From Centroscyllium fabricii (Eukaryota): 64,000 nt of DNA. The stretch spans positions 64,108,001-64,172,000 of the forward strand of contig JBNRSN020000024.1 in NCBI GenBank assembly GCA_051313645.2, read 5' to 3'. A program made the translations under genes and the position numbers. The notes under the pieces were generated by a model. That model saw nothing but the letters and a program-made list of their open reading frames with translations, made no database searches and had not been told where the DNA came from. Every line of letters starts with the position of its first letter. The first letter of the stretch is position 1. This document shows positions 34,551 through 47,108 of this stretch, one piece after another.

Positions 34551-36934
34551 GTATGTACATTCCTATCACTGTATCTTTGAGGCCCCAGCATCCTGTAAAA
34601 GCCTTTTAGTGCTGTGGGGCTAGGTTACCATCTACTTGATCTGATTGAACCATGAGCTAATTGAATGACAGCACAAGCTTGAGGGGCTAAGCGGCCTATT
34701 CCTGTTCCTGTCTTCTGCGAGCGGGGTTAGTTTTGGATTTTTCCAGCCAAGACCAGCACAGGCACAATTAATCAAATGGCCTCTTTCAGTGCTGTCAACT
34801 TCTATGGTTTTAATTATTTTGATTGAGGGAATTTTTCCCTCCAGCCTTTATTAAAGAATTTGACTCAGCACAACTTTTTTATTATCACTATAGTAGCATG
34901 TAGACACAAATGCTTCAGTAGACAGAAGTTTTGATTTTCATCCCTGGACATTTATATCTGATGAAATTCTATCCTGAAGTGTTACAGTCAAAAGGAGGGA
35001 TCCTTAGCCCTGATGAGACCTCATACATAATGATTTTTGCTTTTAAAACTTCAATTTTAGTCTATAGACTTTACTTGTGAACTTTATTTTAGAACTGGAA
35101 TGCACCCCAAGATATTTTCCTTCTAAAGGGCTGCAGCCATTTCATTGAGATAAAAGGGAAGAATGGAATGGGATAGCACTGTAAACTATTTTGTACAATG
35201 TTTTGCATACATGTTCAATATTATTTGTCTTTTTGAAGCCACAACGGTTACATTTTTATGTTTGCAATAATTGCATCATCTTTAAATATAGAAGAAGAAA
35301 AAAAAATGGGCACATTCTGGAGTACTTGGGAAGAATTAGCACTGCAACCCAAGGTTTAAAGTAATGGCAAGGTATCCAATATGTACATACTGGTTAAACA
35401 GGTAGACGGGACATGATTATAACATCATCAGCAGGATTCATGGGTGGTGATCATGGTTTAGGCCTGATTGGGGGGATTACAGTTGTGTTTTTATGTGACT
35501 CTTCCACATCATTAATGAGCTCCTATCTGTACATAATACCAAATCTGATTTTAAAGACTTCATGTTGCCCTTTCTTTCCTTTTAACAATGACCTATAGAT
35601 CTTAAATTTGTACTTGGAACAGGGAGGTATATACAACTAAGATTGCTGGATTAAAAAGTATTTTCTATAGCCTTATATCCTGTCTGTCTAAAACATCACC
35701 AAGCACATCACATGTAGTGAATTATGTTGAAATGCAGTGCCTGTTATGCAGGCATATGTTATGTCTCCTCGTCGGAACCCAGTTAACTTATCTGTTTCAG
35801 ATGCTGATGGACATGCTGTACAATTCTAGCATTTTCTGTGTTTGATTTTCGGCTTTTTTTTTTACCCATCATTAAATGAAGCTATTTATCTGAAATGCAG
35901 AAGTAATCATCGGCCAATTGCCATTGGGTGCAAGGTCACGAGTCATTTTGAATTTGTCGCCTGCTGCTTTGAACCAAAAGTTGCACCTGTTTTGGTTTCT
36001 TGGGAGCGTTCCCATTCCATACACCAGGCCAACCTCTGAAATGTTTCTGGGGAAAGATTAAAAATTCTATAATGCACATTAGCTATACCATTAAAAACTG
36101 CATCCCGCTATATAGCAAATAAAACAGGTCTTCCTGTCCTGCAGCTGTATTTTTGCAGACACCTTGTACAACAGTCTGATCAAACAGAAATAAAATGTAG
36201 CCATGTATTACATTATTAGTTGAAGTTTTTTTTTTCTCCATTTATTTTGCTGCATAAATATTTTTGCAAAATTACATTTAAAATGACCTGATGACGATCA
36301 AAATCTTTCATGTCTCACATCTAAACATGCTGATACTAACTGGTCCAGAAGATCGGCTCCCGTCTGTGACAGTCTTTGTTGATTAGGGAGACTATTTTTA
36401 CTAACCGTGATAAGAAGTTGGGCACTGCAGATAGCCACCGACTTGCAGACACCATCCAGTTGCTACCTTATTAGGAAGTTGATGGTACAACCTTTCTATG
36501 GCAGGTGAACAGATGCAATATTGATGGGTTGGAAGTATGGGTAACTTAAAATATAGAGATTCAGATTAAGATTGCAGTGTTCAATGAATGCTGCAGTGAC
36601 GGTACTTCCAACATTCTGGGAAGATGGCACAGAGCAAACCAGTCAAGTCCTCAAATGTTTTTGTATAGCTTGTGTGTAGAAGGAAGTCTTGAGACTCAGT
36701 ATGTTAAAGCCCCCCTTTCATCTATGTGTGATTAATAGTTAAAAATAATAGGTGAAATAACTTGCTTATTAAAATACTAAAGCATTGTGGTTACTCTGTC
36801 CAGGGACCAGACAAAAATACAACAACTACTTATATGGCATAGGAAAACATCCCAAGGCGCTTCATAGGCACGTAATAAGATAACGACCACCTACGTTGAT
36901 TTCTGTAACAACATTGTCCACCTTTTCGGCTACT

Positions 36935-37510
36935 TCCAACCATCTGCTGCTGAAACCCTCATCGATACCTTGTCACCTCCAGATTCAGATATTCCAATAT
37001 CCTTCGAGCTGGCCTGTATTCTTCATCCTCTGTACATCTCTGCTCATTCAAGACTCTGTTGCCCAAATCCTATCCTACACCAGGCACCACTTGCTCATCA
37101 CCCTTGTCCTCGCTGACCTACATCCTAGTCCCCAACACCTGAAAGATAACATTCCCCTCTGTGTTTCTTTCCTTAGTCTCGCCCCTCACTATCTCTTTAA
37201 CCTCATCCAACTCTACAGCCCCCTGCCCACAAATTCTTGTTGCTTTGACTTGGTTTTTTGTGCTATTCCCCCTCCCCTCCCATACCATCCCCACCATTGG
37301 CAGCCATGCTTTCAGTTGCCTAGGTCTCTTGCTCTGGAATTAACTCCCTAAACCCCTTTGCTTTTCTACCTCAATCTCCTCCTCCTTTAGCCAAGCTGTT
37401 GGGCACCTTTTTCTAATATTTCCTCCTTTGTTTTTTTTTTTTTTAATTTTCCTTGCATCGTTGTGCCTTTGGATGCTTTTCTACATTAAAGGTGCTATAT
37501 AAATGCAAGT
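36935..37510 (+). mobile_element. degenerate L2-like LINE 3' fragment
   Basis: LIQDSVAQIL..ITLVLADLH motif; AAAGGTGCTATATAAATGCAAG tail. Confidence 0.7.
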
Positions 37511-38131
37511 TTTAATATTTAAAATATGACATTCAATTAGTAGCCAGGCCATCAAATTAGTAATTTTTACCACAGTTGGGGATTCATCTGGTGCATATTA
37601 TCCAATCGGTTTTGAAAATTTCAACTAACTTCTCCAGAGTTACAGATTGGAAATGTAGATTTGCTCGTGAAATCTCTTCATAGTAATAAAGGCTTACGTG
37701 CATTTTCTGTAATCTAGAAACACCTTCCCGGGCAGCTGTTTTTATATCATATACATTTTAGCATTTTGATTAGCTGAATTTAAAAAATAAAATTCCAAGG
37801 AATAGTTTTTATTGATACGGTGGAGGTTGTGAAGGCAGTTCCCAGTTGAACTTTGTTGCTGATAACAATGAGAGTTCGTGTGTACATGCGAATATTGTTC
37901 TGCCCTGGAGTAAGATGCATCTTTCTTGCCTTTTCATGGTCCTGTTATTTGTTGCTGTATTAGAATAATTGTAAATGGGGAATGTGATCTTAAAAATAAA
38001 TGGCATTGTAGAGCAACTGTTAGCTGCAGTTAACCAGGAAATATGACCTTCAATTTGAAAGCTGACTTGAATATTGTACTTATAATGTTTCTTTCCAACA
38101 AAACTATAATTATTGTATTTGTCACTTGCAG

Positions 38132-38225
38132 ACCAACAGAGCGAGAACTGACTGAAAGACTAATCAAGACTAAACTTCGGGAGATAATGATGCAGAAGGA
38201 TTTGGAGAACGTCACATCAAAAGAG
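38132..38225 (+). CDS. SSH2: Slingshot-2 exon (PTERELTERLIKTKLREIMMQKDLENVTSKE), DEK-C-like domain
   Basis: CAG acceptor, GTAGGT donor; phase 2 to 0. Confidence 0.96.
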
Positions 38226-38507
38226 GTAGGTGTATACCCTTACTGAAGAAAATTGACTGGATTCACAACAGATTCTGAATTGATATTCATTGGCTGACAT
38301 TTTTTAATACCATGCAAATAAAATGGAGAAATAACTTCAAAACCCAAATGTTTTGCATTAAGGTGACGTAACTTTAAAAAAATATATAAATAATGATTGG
38401 GATTCTTAATTTTAGAATGCATCTTTGTCCAAGATTCTTACTGACAGTGTACACTTGCTTGTGTCTGTGTAATAACCAGCTAGCCCAATTTTAACTGTTT
38501 GGAGATT

Positions 38508-38892
38508 GGGCGGCACGGTGGCACAGTGGTGAGCACTGTTGCCTTACAGCACTGGAGACCCGGGTTCAAATCCAGCCTCGGGTACTATCTGTGTGGAGTT
38601 TGCACATTCTCCCCGTGTCTGCGTGGGTTTCCTCCGGGTGCTCCGGTTTCCTCCCAGAGTCCAAAGATGTGCGGGTTAGGTTGATTGGCCATGATAAATT
38701 GACCCTTAGTGTTGGGGGGTTTGAATATGTGGGGTTACGGGGATAGGGTGAGATATGTGCTCGATAGGGATCGAGGGATATGGGGAGAGGGCAGGGACAG
38801 GGTACTGGGTTTGGATGATCAGCCATGATCTCATTGAATGGCGGAGCAGGCTCGAGGGGCCGAATGGCCTACTCCTGCTCCTAGTTTCTATG
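38508..38892 (+). mobile_element. HE1-like tRNA-derived V-SINE with CR1 tail
   Basis: A-box TGGCACAGTGG, B-box GGTTCAAATCC, V-domain TGTGTGGAGTTTGCACATTCTCCCCGTGTCTGCGTGGGTTTCCTCCGGG, 3' end shared with the CR1 at 3527. Confidence 0.92.
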
Positions 38893-39176
38893 TGTTCACT
38901 TTCACCTTCCAGTGCAGAACATATGGTTTCCATATGGTAACTCTCATTCTGAAATATGACTTCAAATAAGGGTGGTTGCTGATCTTAAATGAAAGATCGA
39001 ATGAACTGTCTTGACTTGGACTGAAAAAATCATTTTATTGGGCTTCCAAATCTGATGTTTCATTAGACTGGTTACCAGTAAAGAATTTTCTGACCCTGTG
39101 TTATTTAACTGCTGATTGGTTTTGGCCTTGTGTGAAATGCATGGATCTCAATAGCTAATTGTTGTATTCATTGCAG

Positions 39177-39305
39177 ATTCGCATAGAATTGGAGATGCAG
39201 ATGGTCTGCAACTTGAGAGAATTTAAAGAGTACATTGATAACGAGATGATTGTAATCTTGAGGCAGATGGACAACCCAACCGAGATATTTGAGCATGTCT
39301 ACCTG
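39177..39305 (+). CDS. SSH2: Slingshot-2 exon (IRIELEMQMVCNLREFKEYIDNEMIVILRQMDNPTEIFEHVYL)
   Basis: CAG acceptor, GTATGA donor; phase 0 to 0. Confidence 0.96.
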
Positions 39306-39771
39306 GTATGATCATTATACTATAATTGATCGTTGTCCTCTGTCACACCTCTGATCACTATTTCTTGTGGGTATGTGTGTGTTCGCAGAAATGAATGTTA
39401 CCTGATGGATGGTGGGGAGTTAAGGAGAGTGAAAGGGAAGGGAATCACAACCGGCCTCTCTTGTGCTAGCTTCTAAACAGCATTGGTTTTTCTACCTCCT
39501 TCATACAAATGTGATTACTGTAGTTTTGGATTCCTATTTATGACAATATTAGAAGTTTTGAGAAATTCTCCAGAGTACTTTTAAAGTTTGAAATTTCTCT
39601 GCAACCTGCTTGTTGACTAATATATCTTTTTTTTACTGCTATTATCTGCATTAAGTCTTAAGTTCCTGTAGTAAGTTTTTTTAGTAGGAAAGAACATTTC
39701 CAAAGGGTTATATTTCCCAGAGAGACCAAGTTAGAAATCTTCTCTGGTGTGAGCTGGCTTGCCTCCTCTTG

Positions 39772-40670
39772 TGGAGGTGCCGGTGTTGGACTGCGGTGGA
39801 CAAATGCAAGAAGTCACACAACACCAGGTTATAGTCCAACAGTTTTATTTTAAATCACAAGCTTTCGGACCTTCTGCCCCTTCGTCAGGTGAAAGAGAGA
39901 CTGACTTAAAGAACGCACCTATGGGAGGAAGGGAGAAATCCGATCTCTCCCACATCTCTGTCTATCTCTGCTAAGGTGAGATGTGGGAATTATCAGATTT
40001 CTCTCTTCATCACATATGTGCGTTCTTTAAGTCAGCCTCTCTTTCACCTGACGAAGGGGCAGACGCTCCGAAAGCTTGTGATTTAAAATAAAACTGTTGG
40101 ACCAGGGGTCCCCAACCTTTTTGGGACCGCGGCCCATTTTGGCCTTGTCAAGTTTTGCGGGGGGGGGGTGGGGTGCTGCCAGAATTTTTTTTGTCTGACC
40201 GGGTGGGGGGGGGGGGTGCTGCCGGAGTTTTTTTGACTGACCCGGGTGGGGGGGGGAGGGGTGCTGGCGGAGTTTTTTTGACTTGGGGGGGGGGTGCTGG
40301 CGGAGTTTTTTTCACTGACCGGGGGCAGGGTGTCTTCCGTCTGTGCTTCCTCTCTGCCCCCCCCCCAGTTCCTGACCTCTCCCATGCGATCCTCTCTTCC
40401 ACCCCCCGGTCAGCACGGATCCAGTGACGGAACTTGTCCTACGAAGCTGACGGAAAGCATAGCCCACACTGCAGGCCGCTGCTGTGCAGGCGCCGATGGG
40501 GAAACGGGTGCGCGGCTCCGATATACCGCTCGCGTGATCTGCGCATGCGCCGAGGTTCAGACCCTGCCGCAGCCTGGTAAAAATGTCCCGCGGACCGGCA
40601 CCGGGTCGCGGACCGGCGGTTGGGGACCGCTGTGTTGGACTATAACCTGGTGTTGTGTGACTTCTTGCAT
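39772..40670. mobile_element. Penelope-type inverted-terminus insertion (palindrome), later split by a hAT MITE
   Basis: 13-bp TSD TTGCCTCCTCTTG (39759-39771/40671-40683); arms 39801-39958 versus 39978-40102 plus 40641-40673. Confidence 0.8.
40103..40632. mobile_element. hAT (Charlie-like) MITE
   Basis: 8-bp TSD TGTTGGAC (40095-40102/40633-40640); TIR CAGGGGTCCCCAACC / GGTTGGGGACCGCTG. Confidence 0.93.
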
Positions 40671-40727
40671 TTGCCTCCTCTTGGCACCTTTTCCCGGAGG
40701 AGCCGAATCTATCGGGAATGTCTGGTG

Positions 40728-41170
40728 TCATAAACTTCAGCTTATCCAAAACTCTGCTGCCCGTGTCCTAACTCACACCAAGTCCCGTTCACCCATCACT
40801 CGTGTGCTTGCTGACCTACATTGGCTCCCGGTCTGGCAACGCCTCAATTTCAAAATTCTCCTCCTTGTTTTCAAATCCCTCCATGGCCTCACCCCTCCCT
40901 ATCTCTGTGCACATCCCCCCGGTTTTAATTGCTCCACCATTGCCAGCCGTACCTTCAGCTGCCTATGCCCTAAGCTCTGGAATTCCCCCTCTCAGCCTCT
41001 TGGCCTCTCTACCTCTCTCTCTCCCCTCTTTTAAGATGCTCCTCAAAACCTACCTCGTCCTGCCCTAACATCTCCTTATGTGGCTTGGTGTCAAATTTTG
41101 TTCAGTAACGCTCCTGTGAAACACCATGGGACGTTTTACTATGTTAAAGGTGCTGTATAAATGCAAGATG
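40728..41170 (+). mobile_element. L2-like LINE 3' fragment
   Basis: KLQLIQNSAARVLTHTKSRSPITRVLADLHWLPVWQRLNFKILLLVFKSLHGLTPPYL. Confidence 0.88.
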
Positions 41171-41444
41171 TTCTTCTGCCACTTTATGGTGTACCATATT
41201 GGCACACTACCACACTGTACCAACTTGGCTGGAGAGTCTTTAAGATGCAAATGTAGCTATTTTAAGCTTTTATGACCAATCTAGAACACTGTCAATTCCA
41301 GGGAAATCCCAAGATGTGCTCATCACGTACGTGATAAAAGTATTTCATTAACTGTGACGTGCTTTAGGTTGTGATAAGGTGCTGTGTGAATTATTTTTTT
41401 CTGTGTCAGCTGTCTACGATTTGTCTTTTGCATTGGCTGTGAAT

Positions 41445-41925
41445 ACGTAAGAAATAGGAGCAGGAGTCGGCCATTTGGCCCTTCGAGCCTGCTCTGCCAT
41501 GCAGTAAGATCATGGCTGATCTTCTACCTCATCTCCACTTTCCTGAACTATCCCTTGATATTCAAAAATCTATCGATCTCTGTCTTGAATATACTCGATG
41601 ACTGAGCCTCTGGGGTAGAGAATTCCAAAGATTCACCACCCTCTGAGTGAATAAATTTCTCCTCATCTCAGTCCTAATTGGTTGACCCCTTATTCTGAGA
41701 CTGTGACCCCTGGTTCTAGACTCCCCAGCCAGGGGAAACATCCTTCCAGTATCTACCCTGTCAAGCCCGGTAAGAATTTTGTATGTTTCAATTAGATCAC
41801 CTCTCGTTCTTCTAAACTCCAGAGAATATAGGCCGAGTCTAATCAATCTGTCCTCACAGAACAATTCCCCCCATCACAGGAACCAGTATTGTGAACCTTT
41901 GCTGCACTCCCTCTATGGCAAGTAT
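41445..41925 (-). mobile_element. CR1 3' fragment
   Basis: RLGLYSLEFRRTRGDLIETYKIL...FTQRVVNLWNSLP. Confidence 0.9.
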
Positions 41926-42923
41926 ATCAGGAATGCAGGAAGTTAAACGATTTCATGTAAATACATTTTTCTTTGTGACTTGACTTAACTTATCTCTGCT
42001 GTGACTTATCTTATTTTGGAGTACTTGTTTTTCAAAACTGTCCTGCCGTGGTTTCCTGCATTAAAGTTTCGCAATAATGAAGCCAGCTGCTGCCTGCTTA
42101 TGTTAAATTGCAGTCTATAAGGATAGACAATAGTCAGCTGGCCTTAAAGTCAAAGAAATGTTATTTTAGTGACGAGGCATAAGCATTACTTCAAAGAATC
42201 TCAGTAAATCCATTTTCATTTGTGACCATTTCACAACTCACGGTTGTCAGTTCATTCAGAAAATAACCTGGAACTAGTGTGTGCCCTTTTCTGCTTGCCC
42301 AGGGTTGGATGTTTTACTGTTTTATTCTTGTACTTCATTCTCCTTGACCCCCCTCCATGGTGAGTGAATGAGTAGCAGACTCCTCTGCATTCTTCAACAC
42401 CACTGTTAATTTGTGGCTTCCCATCAAGAGCCACATTTATCTCCAGTGTAGCAACAGATTGAGAGCCAGTTTTTCTTGTGCGTCATACTTTGCACTTTAG
42501 CTCTGAAAGTTAAGAAAACGACAAGACTCACATTAGTAGTCAGAACTGTTGTATTATCCTGCTTGGTATCATCTTCATGCCAGTACTATCCTGTAATATT
42601 AGCCATGATCATTAATTCAATTATTTGGGGGGGGGTTTAAAGCTGGAAGAAAACTGGAAAAGTAAGCTGGTTGTAACAGAGTAATACTGCTACAGAACTT
42701 TTAATATGCTAATCGAATCATTCAAGAATTTGACCAGGTACAAGTTTGCTGGAAGCTTAACTTTCCTATTGCTCAAATATGATTGTAGGTGCATTACCGC
42801 ACCTTGGGGGGAACTTGCTTGCATCTGTACCTGGGCTACTTCGTTTCTGTGCTCAATATCAGTAGAATCTGTTTGAATTATCCTGTTAGACCTGAATCTC
42901 AGTCAGCTTGTCTCTGTTTTCAG

Positions 42924-42970
42924 GGCTCGGAGTGGAATGCATCCAATTTAGAAGATTTACAGAACCGAGG
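42924..42970 (+). CDS. SSH2: Slingshot-2 exon (GSEWNASNLEDLQNRG)
   Basis: CAG acceptor, GTAAGG donor; phase 0 to 2. Confidence 0.96.
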
Positions 42971-43500
42971 GTAAGGGCCTCTGTGATGAAACATGCTGAT
43001 AGGTTTGGCCAAACCAACAAACGTAACTGTCGACCAACTTGCATGAAGGGCAAAAGGTTTAGTCTGTTAAAGTACTGCATGCCCCTCAGTTGTAAACTTC
43101 TCTTGTATATGATCATTTAAAAATGTGTTGATCAAGTTTTTGTAAGACCAGCCCAAATTGTCAAATGTTAATTTGACGCAAAAGCAAATTCTTGAATTAT
43201 ACAGTTTTTTTCCCCAATATCATTTTTGGTCAATGTTCTGCATATGAAAACCACTTAATTTGATTCCCAGTTAAACTTGAACATTTCAGAATTTACTTAC
43301 CAAATATTTCAGAAATATAAACAAGTATCCAGTAATAGGTATGCTGAGGGAAAATCAATTTGAGGCACATGTATTTTTTACTTCCTTTCACTTACCCCTC
43401 TGCACTTGTAGGCTTGTACGAAATTTCCCAGCTCAAATGCCTCCAAGTCAAATCCAGTACTTGTGTGGGGTCTGATTTACAAGGTAGTTTGTAGCTCTTT

Positions 43501-43891
43501 ACATAGAAACATAGAAGATAGGAGCAGGAGTAGGCCATTCGGCCCTTCGAGCCTGCTCCGCCATTCAATGAGATCATGGCTGATCATCCAAACCCAGCAC
43601 ACTGCCCATGCCCTCTCCCCATATCCCTCTCGAGCCTGCACCGACACATACCCACCCTAGCCCCCTAACCCCACATATTCAATCCCCCTAACAGTAAGGG
43701 TTAATTTATCCTGGCCAATCAACCTATCCCGCACATCTTTGGACTGTGGGAGGAAACCGGAGCACCCGGAGGAAACCCACGCAGACACGGGGAGAATGTG
43801 CAAACTCCACACAGATAGTACCCGAGGCTGGATTTGAACCCGGGTCTCTAGTGCTGTAAGGCAACTGTGCTAACCACTGCGCCACCGTGCC
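43501..43891 (-). mobile_element. HE1-like tRNA-derived V-SINE
   Basis: Reverse complement of 38508-38892. Confidence 0.92.
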
Positions 43892-44988
43892 ACCAGGGTT
43901 GTGCTGACAGGACTATGGCTCTGAGCAGAAACCTGAAATAGGAGGTTTCTGAGGAGAGAGAAAAAAATTAAAATAGAAATGCTTCTTGCCTGCTTTTTTT
44001 TAATTGTTTAGTTCAGTAGGGGAGTGTTTTCTATTGAATTGTTCCTTCCTTCCCAATTCTCCCCACAACAACATCTTTCTTCTGGAATTCAGTTCTTTTT
44101 GTTACACCTGTAGGATCTAACTCCTCTCAAGGCAGCATATTGACTTTAAGAAAGTGTAAGCAGGATATTTTAAACCTGCTTGCAGCCACTTTTCTATTTA
44201 ATCACTAGCGACAACATATTTTTGTCAATTAAAAGAGCCATAGTGTTGATTCATGTTTCCCTGTGTATTTTAGCGCTTGGGGCATTTATTGGTAGCTTTC
44301 TTTTACCCAGTTGCTATACTTGTTAGAAAGCATTTAATGATTGTGATCTGTAAGTGAAAAATTATCATGTTGAAAACTGTTTTATTGTGTAAAAATTAGA
44401 TGGAATATAATTAGCTCTATTGCCCAATTGAATGGGAGGGCAAGAAGATGACTACCAGGGTGTATGCAAGAACAACCACTGTTGTTCATTTCTGTTGCTT
44501 TTTTTCGTCCTCCCTGTGAGGAAACACATTGTTCTTGCTTGACGCTTCATCTGATGGCATTGTCTCCGATGGGGCCAGAAACTCAACCATGTAGGAAAGT
44601 ATGGGTGGGCACTCGCATCCAGTCACTCCGATCAATAGTGTGTTGGAAACTCAATGCTACAAGTCTGTGTATTCTCTGCATTTTCCATTTTAACAGGGTT
44701 CTCAAGTGTCAATATTGAAATACATTTTGCCACCATTGATCAGTTAATAATCATCCTTTCTCATCTGGTGCAAGTTTAATTATGTGCTAAATATAACTTA
44801 AGCACACATTTGTTGACTACACCTCTCTATAAAGCTTTTCACTGGCAGTTTGGTTGTATCCAGTTTTCTTTTGCAAACAATATTTTTTTAGTCAATAGCT
44901 TTCACGTTAATTCATCCTGTAGATTATCACAATGGTGCTATTGCCCCCTGCAGGCCAGTCATGTTTGTTTTGGTACTGCATTGTACCA

Positions 44989-45431
44989 CAGGTTGAGCAC
45001 CGGTAATTCGGCACCCGATGGTCAAGCAGCTTCAGTGGTTCGGCACAAATCCAAACCGGCGCTCTTCATTTTGCGGAGCAGCCGCTCTGCGGCACCACCG
45101 TTTCCCGGGAAGGGTGAGCGAGCGCCGACGGCGTCAGGCGTTTGGGTTTCTGCTTTTTAGTGTTCTATCCCCGGGCTCCCTCCCGGGGAGTGTTCTACCC
45201 CGGGCCCCGGGGAGTGTTCTTCCATGCCCCGGGGAGTGTTCTACTGCGCTCTCCGGGCCCCGGGGAGTGTTCTACTGCGCGCTCCGGGCCCCGGGGTGTG
45301 TTCTACCACGCGCTCCGGGCCCCGGGGAGTGTTCTACTGTGCGCTCCCCCTGAACCTTCAGTGATTCGGAATTTTCAGTGGTCCGGCACCGGCCTGGTCC
45401 CGAGGGTGCTGGATTAACGGTGCTCAACCTG
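44989..45431 (+). mobile_element. pogo/Tigger-like MITE, family 1A, expanded internal array
   Basis: CAGGTTGAGCACCGGTAAT ... ATTAACGGTGCTCAACCTG; about seven CCCCGGGGAGTGTTCT-type units. Confidence 0.88.
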
Positions 45432-45629
45432 GATAGCCATCTAAAAGAAACCTTTTTTACAAGATGCAAAACATGTGAAAAATATATTTAACTTCACATT
45501 CTCAAAGTTACTTTTTTTTTAAACTTCATCCTGTGCACCTGGCAGTGGAAGTTATATTTAATTTAAAGACTTTCTGTATGGCAATGACCAATCCTAACAT
45601 GGTAATAATTTCTTCATATTTCTATTTAG

Positions 45630-45776
45630 GATCCGGTACATCTTGAACATCACCCGTGAAATTGATAACTTCTTCCCAGGAATATTTGAGTACCATAATA
45701 TCAGGGTATATGATGAGGAGGCTACAGATCTGCTTGCGTATTGGAATGATACATACAAATTCATCTCTAAAGCAAA
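45630..45776 (+). CDS. SSH2: Slingshot-2 exon (IRYILNITREIDNFFPGIFEYHNIRVYDEEATDLLAYWNDTYKFISKAK), DUSP domain
   Basis: TAG acceptor, GTACGA donor; phase 2 to 2; contains the general-acid Asp loop. Confidence 0.96.
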
Positions 45777-47108
45777 GTACGAAATTAAATGGGCATGTCT
45801 CTGGTGTTGGGTGGCTCTTATCAATATTGTATTTGTTTTTAATTAAAAAATCTGTACAGTATATATTCATTGTCTGGTGGGAGATGATGGCCTATCTTTA
45901 TACCCTACTCTGACCCCAATTTACAGCATGTTTGGGATCATACACAGCTTTTCTAGTTCTGATTTCTTTGCCTTTTGCTCTCCACATAATTGCAGTAAAT
46001 TTAGCTGTAATTTATTAATCTTGTATCACATTACATATCCTATTTTTATCACACAATCAAAATGTACATTTAGATAGTCAGTCTGGGTTCAAGTCCTTTT
46101 TGTTTCAAACCAGCTTGAAAAGATCTGAGATGTTGGGTAGTTACCAACGAAAATTTTTTTTAACCAGCCCTATCAAAATAACACTTTCAGTGTTAAGGCG
46201 AAAGTCAGCTTTCTAATTCAAATATTGGTAGCACAGAGTCATAGAATAGTACAGCACAGAAGGCAGCCATTCAGCCCATCGAGTCTGTGCCAGAAGATGT
46301 GATGGCCCAAATAAATCGAGGAAGCATTTCGTACTGCAAATGTGATCAGTTGGAATTCTGATTATAGTTGCTAGATGTTTAAGATAATGAAAGTTTGGAA
46401 GTAAAATAGGTACAAAGTCATGAGTAGATATTTATTGCTGCAGTTTTGAAATAGGGATTCCAAAATGTGTTGCTATTTTTTAAATTTGGACTCCGGAGAT
46501 ACATTTACAGATATCTCCAACCCTTACAATGATACTTACCACAGTACTTACCTCACTTTTACAAAGTGCATTTTTAGGAGTTCCGAGGCTCACAACCTGT
46601 TGCTACTGCATTACGTTCTCAAGGTATCATACTAACAGTTGAGTCTTGTGCTGAATTTAATCCTAAAACACATAGCCCTTCAAATGATGTACCACTTAAC
46701 AATAATCCTGGGGTGTAATGTGCAGCATTTCATGTCATTTAAAGTTTTGATGGTTGTTACTGATCCTTGATTCTGAATAAGTGATCACTTTAAAGCGATA
46801 GAATAGCTGAGTAATAAATATGAACCAATATTGGTCCTGATGACTCAGTGAATACAGTTATAGGACAAAAAAGTTTCATTATTGTATTTGGAAAATTAAT
46901 AAGTCGTTCCCGACTTGCGTTTCAAGTACTCAAACTTTTTCTGCCTATTCTTTTATACTTTTACGTATTTACGTTCATAAAGATGCTGTAAACATAATCA
47001 TTAAAGTTGGACACTGAGTGGCTTTGAAGTGTAAGCAAGCATTGCCCACATACACAAGAACTGGGTGTGACTTGATGTAGAATTGAGAAATTATATCCCT
47101 TCATTCCT

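Noticed and set aside
38508-38580. tRNA gene
   Set aside because: The A/B boxes belong to a SINE head continuing into a V-domain and CR1 tail.
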